Part shown: piece by piece, positions 61,237 through 64,000 of the stretch
How the letters are laid out: each line of letters starts with the position of its first letter
How positions within the stretch are numbered: position 1 is the stretch's first letter
NCBI RefSeq assembly: GCF_009914755.1
Contig: NC_060938.1
Length of the DNA: 64,000 nt
Direction: 5' to 3' (one strand)
From: the human T2T-CHM13v2.0 reference genome, Homo sapiens
The notes under the pieces: model-generated
Database searches by the model: none
What the model saw: only the letters and a program-made list of their open reading frames with translations
Told to the model about the DNA's origin: nothing
Program-made: the position numbers and the translations under genes

Positions 61237-61650
61237 TGTTACTGAAACACCAGGAGTTTGGTCTAGTTCCTGCTGCTCACCTCACAGAAAGCCAATCACT
61301 GAGACAACAAGTATTGCCAAGGAGGAAGGCTTTAATCAGGTGCTGCAGGCAAGGAGATGGGAGCTCAGTCTCAAATCCATCTCCCTGACTGACTAAACTA
61401 GTGGTTTATATAGCAGAGAAGAAATGTCTCAATGTGTAAAAAGACAGGAACTAGGGAGGGGCAAGAAGACATCTGGTACCATGATCTGGTGAGTTTCAGA
61501 TCTTTTGTACTTTTTTTGAGAGGCATGAAAGTTCTTCCCTGGGAAAGGAACTCAAATAAAACAAATACAAGTTTCAGTCTTTAACAGCAGAATGGCCAAT
61601 GTCTATGTTTATCCAAAAGAAAAGTGTATGGGACTACTGGGCCTGTTTCA
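61237..61650 (-). mobile_element. ERV1 solo LTR (MER66-like)
   Basis: TGTTACTGAAACACCAGG...GTTTCA; 4-bp TSD AGGG/AGGA. Confidence 0.65.
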
Positions 61651-61666
61651 AGGAGACTGAACTATC

Positions 61667-62016
<350 letters not shown>

Positions 62017-62638
62017 TAATAATATTAATACATTCATGAGAGCAGAGTCCTCATCTAATCACCTCTTATTAGGACCCACCTCCCAACATTGCTGCATTGG
62101 AGATTAGTTTCTAACACATGAACTTACGGGTGACACATTCAAACCATAGTAGTAATGTTACAATATACTTTCCACAGAAATCATACCTGATTCTTCCAAT
62201 TAATAGATGTGAAGAGACTAAATCAGCATATTTATTGCAGAATGAAACTTGATATGTCTCCAACACATTTTATAAACAACAGAGTTTGATTTTTATCCAT
62301 CTAAGTAATAATTTTTGGACAATTTTTAGTATGTATACTATTCCAAACTTGTTCCCCAGTTGATAGCTTAAGAGATGCAAATGCTTAATTTGGACATTAA
62401 TATTCTATGATATAATGCTTTAAAAGGCAAAATATTGTGGTCAGGGAGGAAGAACGATTTACATCACTGAACCTCAAAGGGTACTCTCAATTGATTCTCT
62501 CCATTTCTCATCTTCTGCTTGAGCTGTTCACTCACAATTCCCAAATCAATGAAATTATAATAGAATCAATTCCCATTTATAATTCTGTGATTGTTCTGTA
62601 AGAAATCCTCGTATCATTTTTTAACATAAGTCTTCTTA

Positions 62639-64000
<1,362 letters not shown>

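Overview
Primate (ape-like) nuclear DNA, AT-rich and largely made of transposon remnants: Alu, L1 of several ages, L2/MIR, MER and Tigger DNA transposons, and ERV-L, MaLR and ERV1 LTR elements. No host protein-coding exon could be supported; the long ORFs are L1 ORF2 or HERV-L gag/pol relics or low-complexity artefacts. The most unusual structure is a 9.2-kb composite at 44743-53933. A HERV-L MLT2A2-type LTR plus an 18-nt tRNA-Leu-complementary tract is fused tail-to-tail to a full THE1D MaLR, and the whole unit is bounded by one 5-bp TSD (GTGCC). A second HERV-L provirus later inserted into it. Other notable items are two young L1s with 3' transductions (TSDs found), a twin-primed 5'-inverted L1, a locally copied inverted Alu fragment, a duplicated ERV segment with a sharp identity step, and several fold-back or templated insertions. 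Subfamily names come from recalled consensus sequences and need RepeatMasker/Dfam confirmation.
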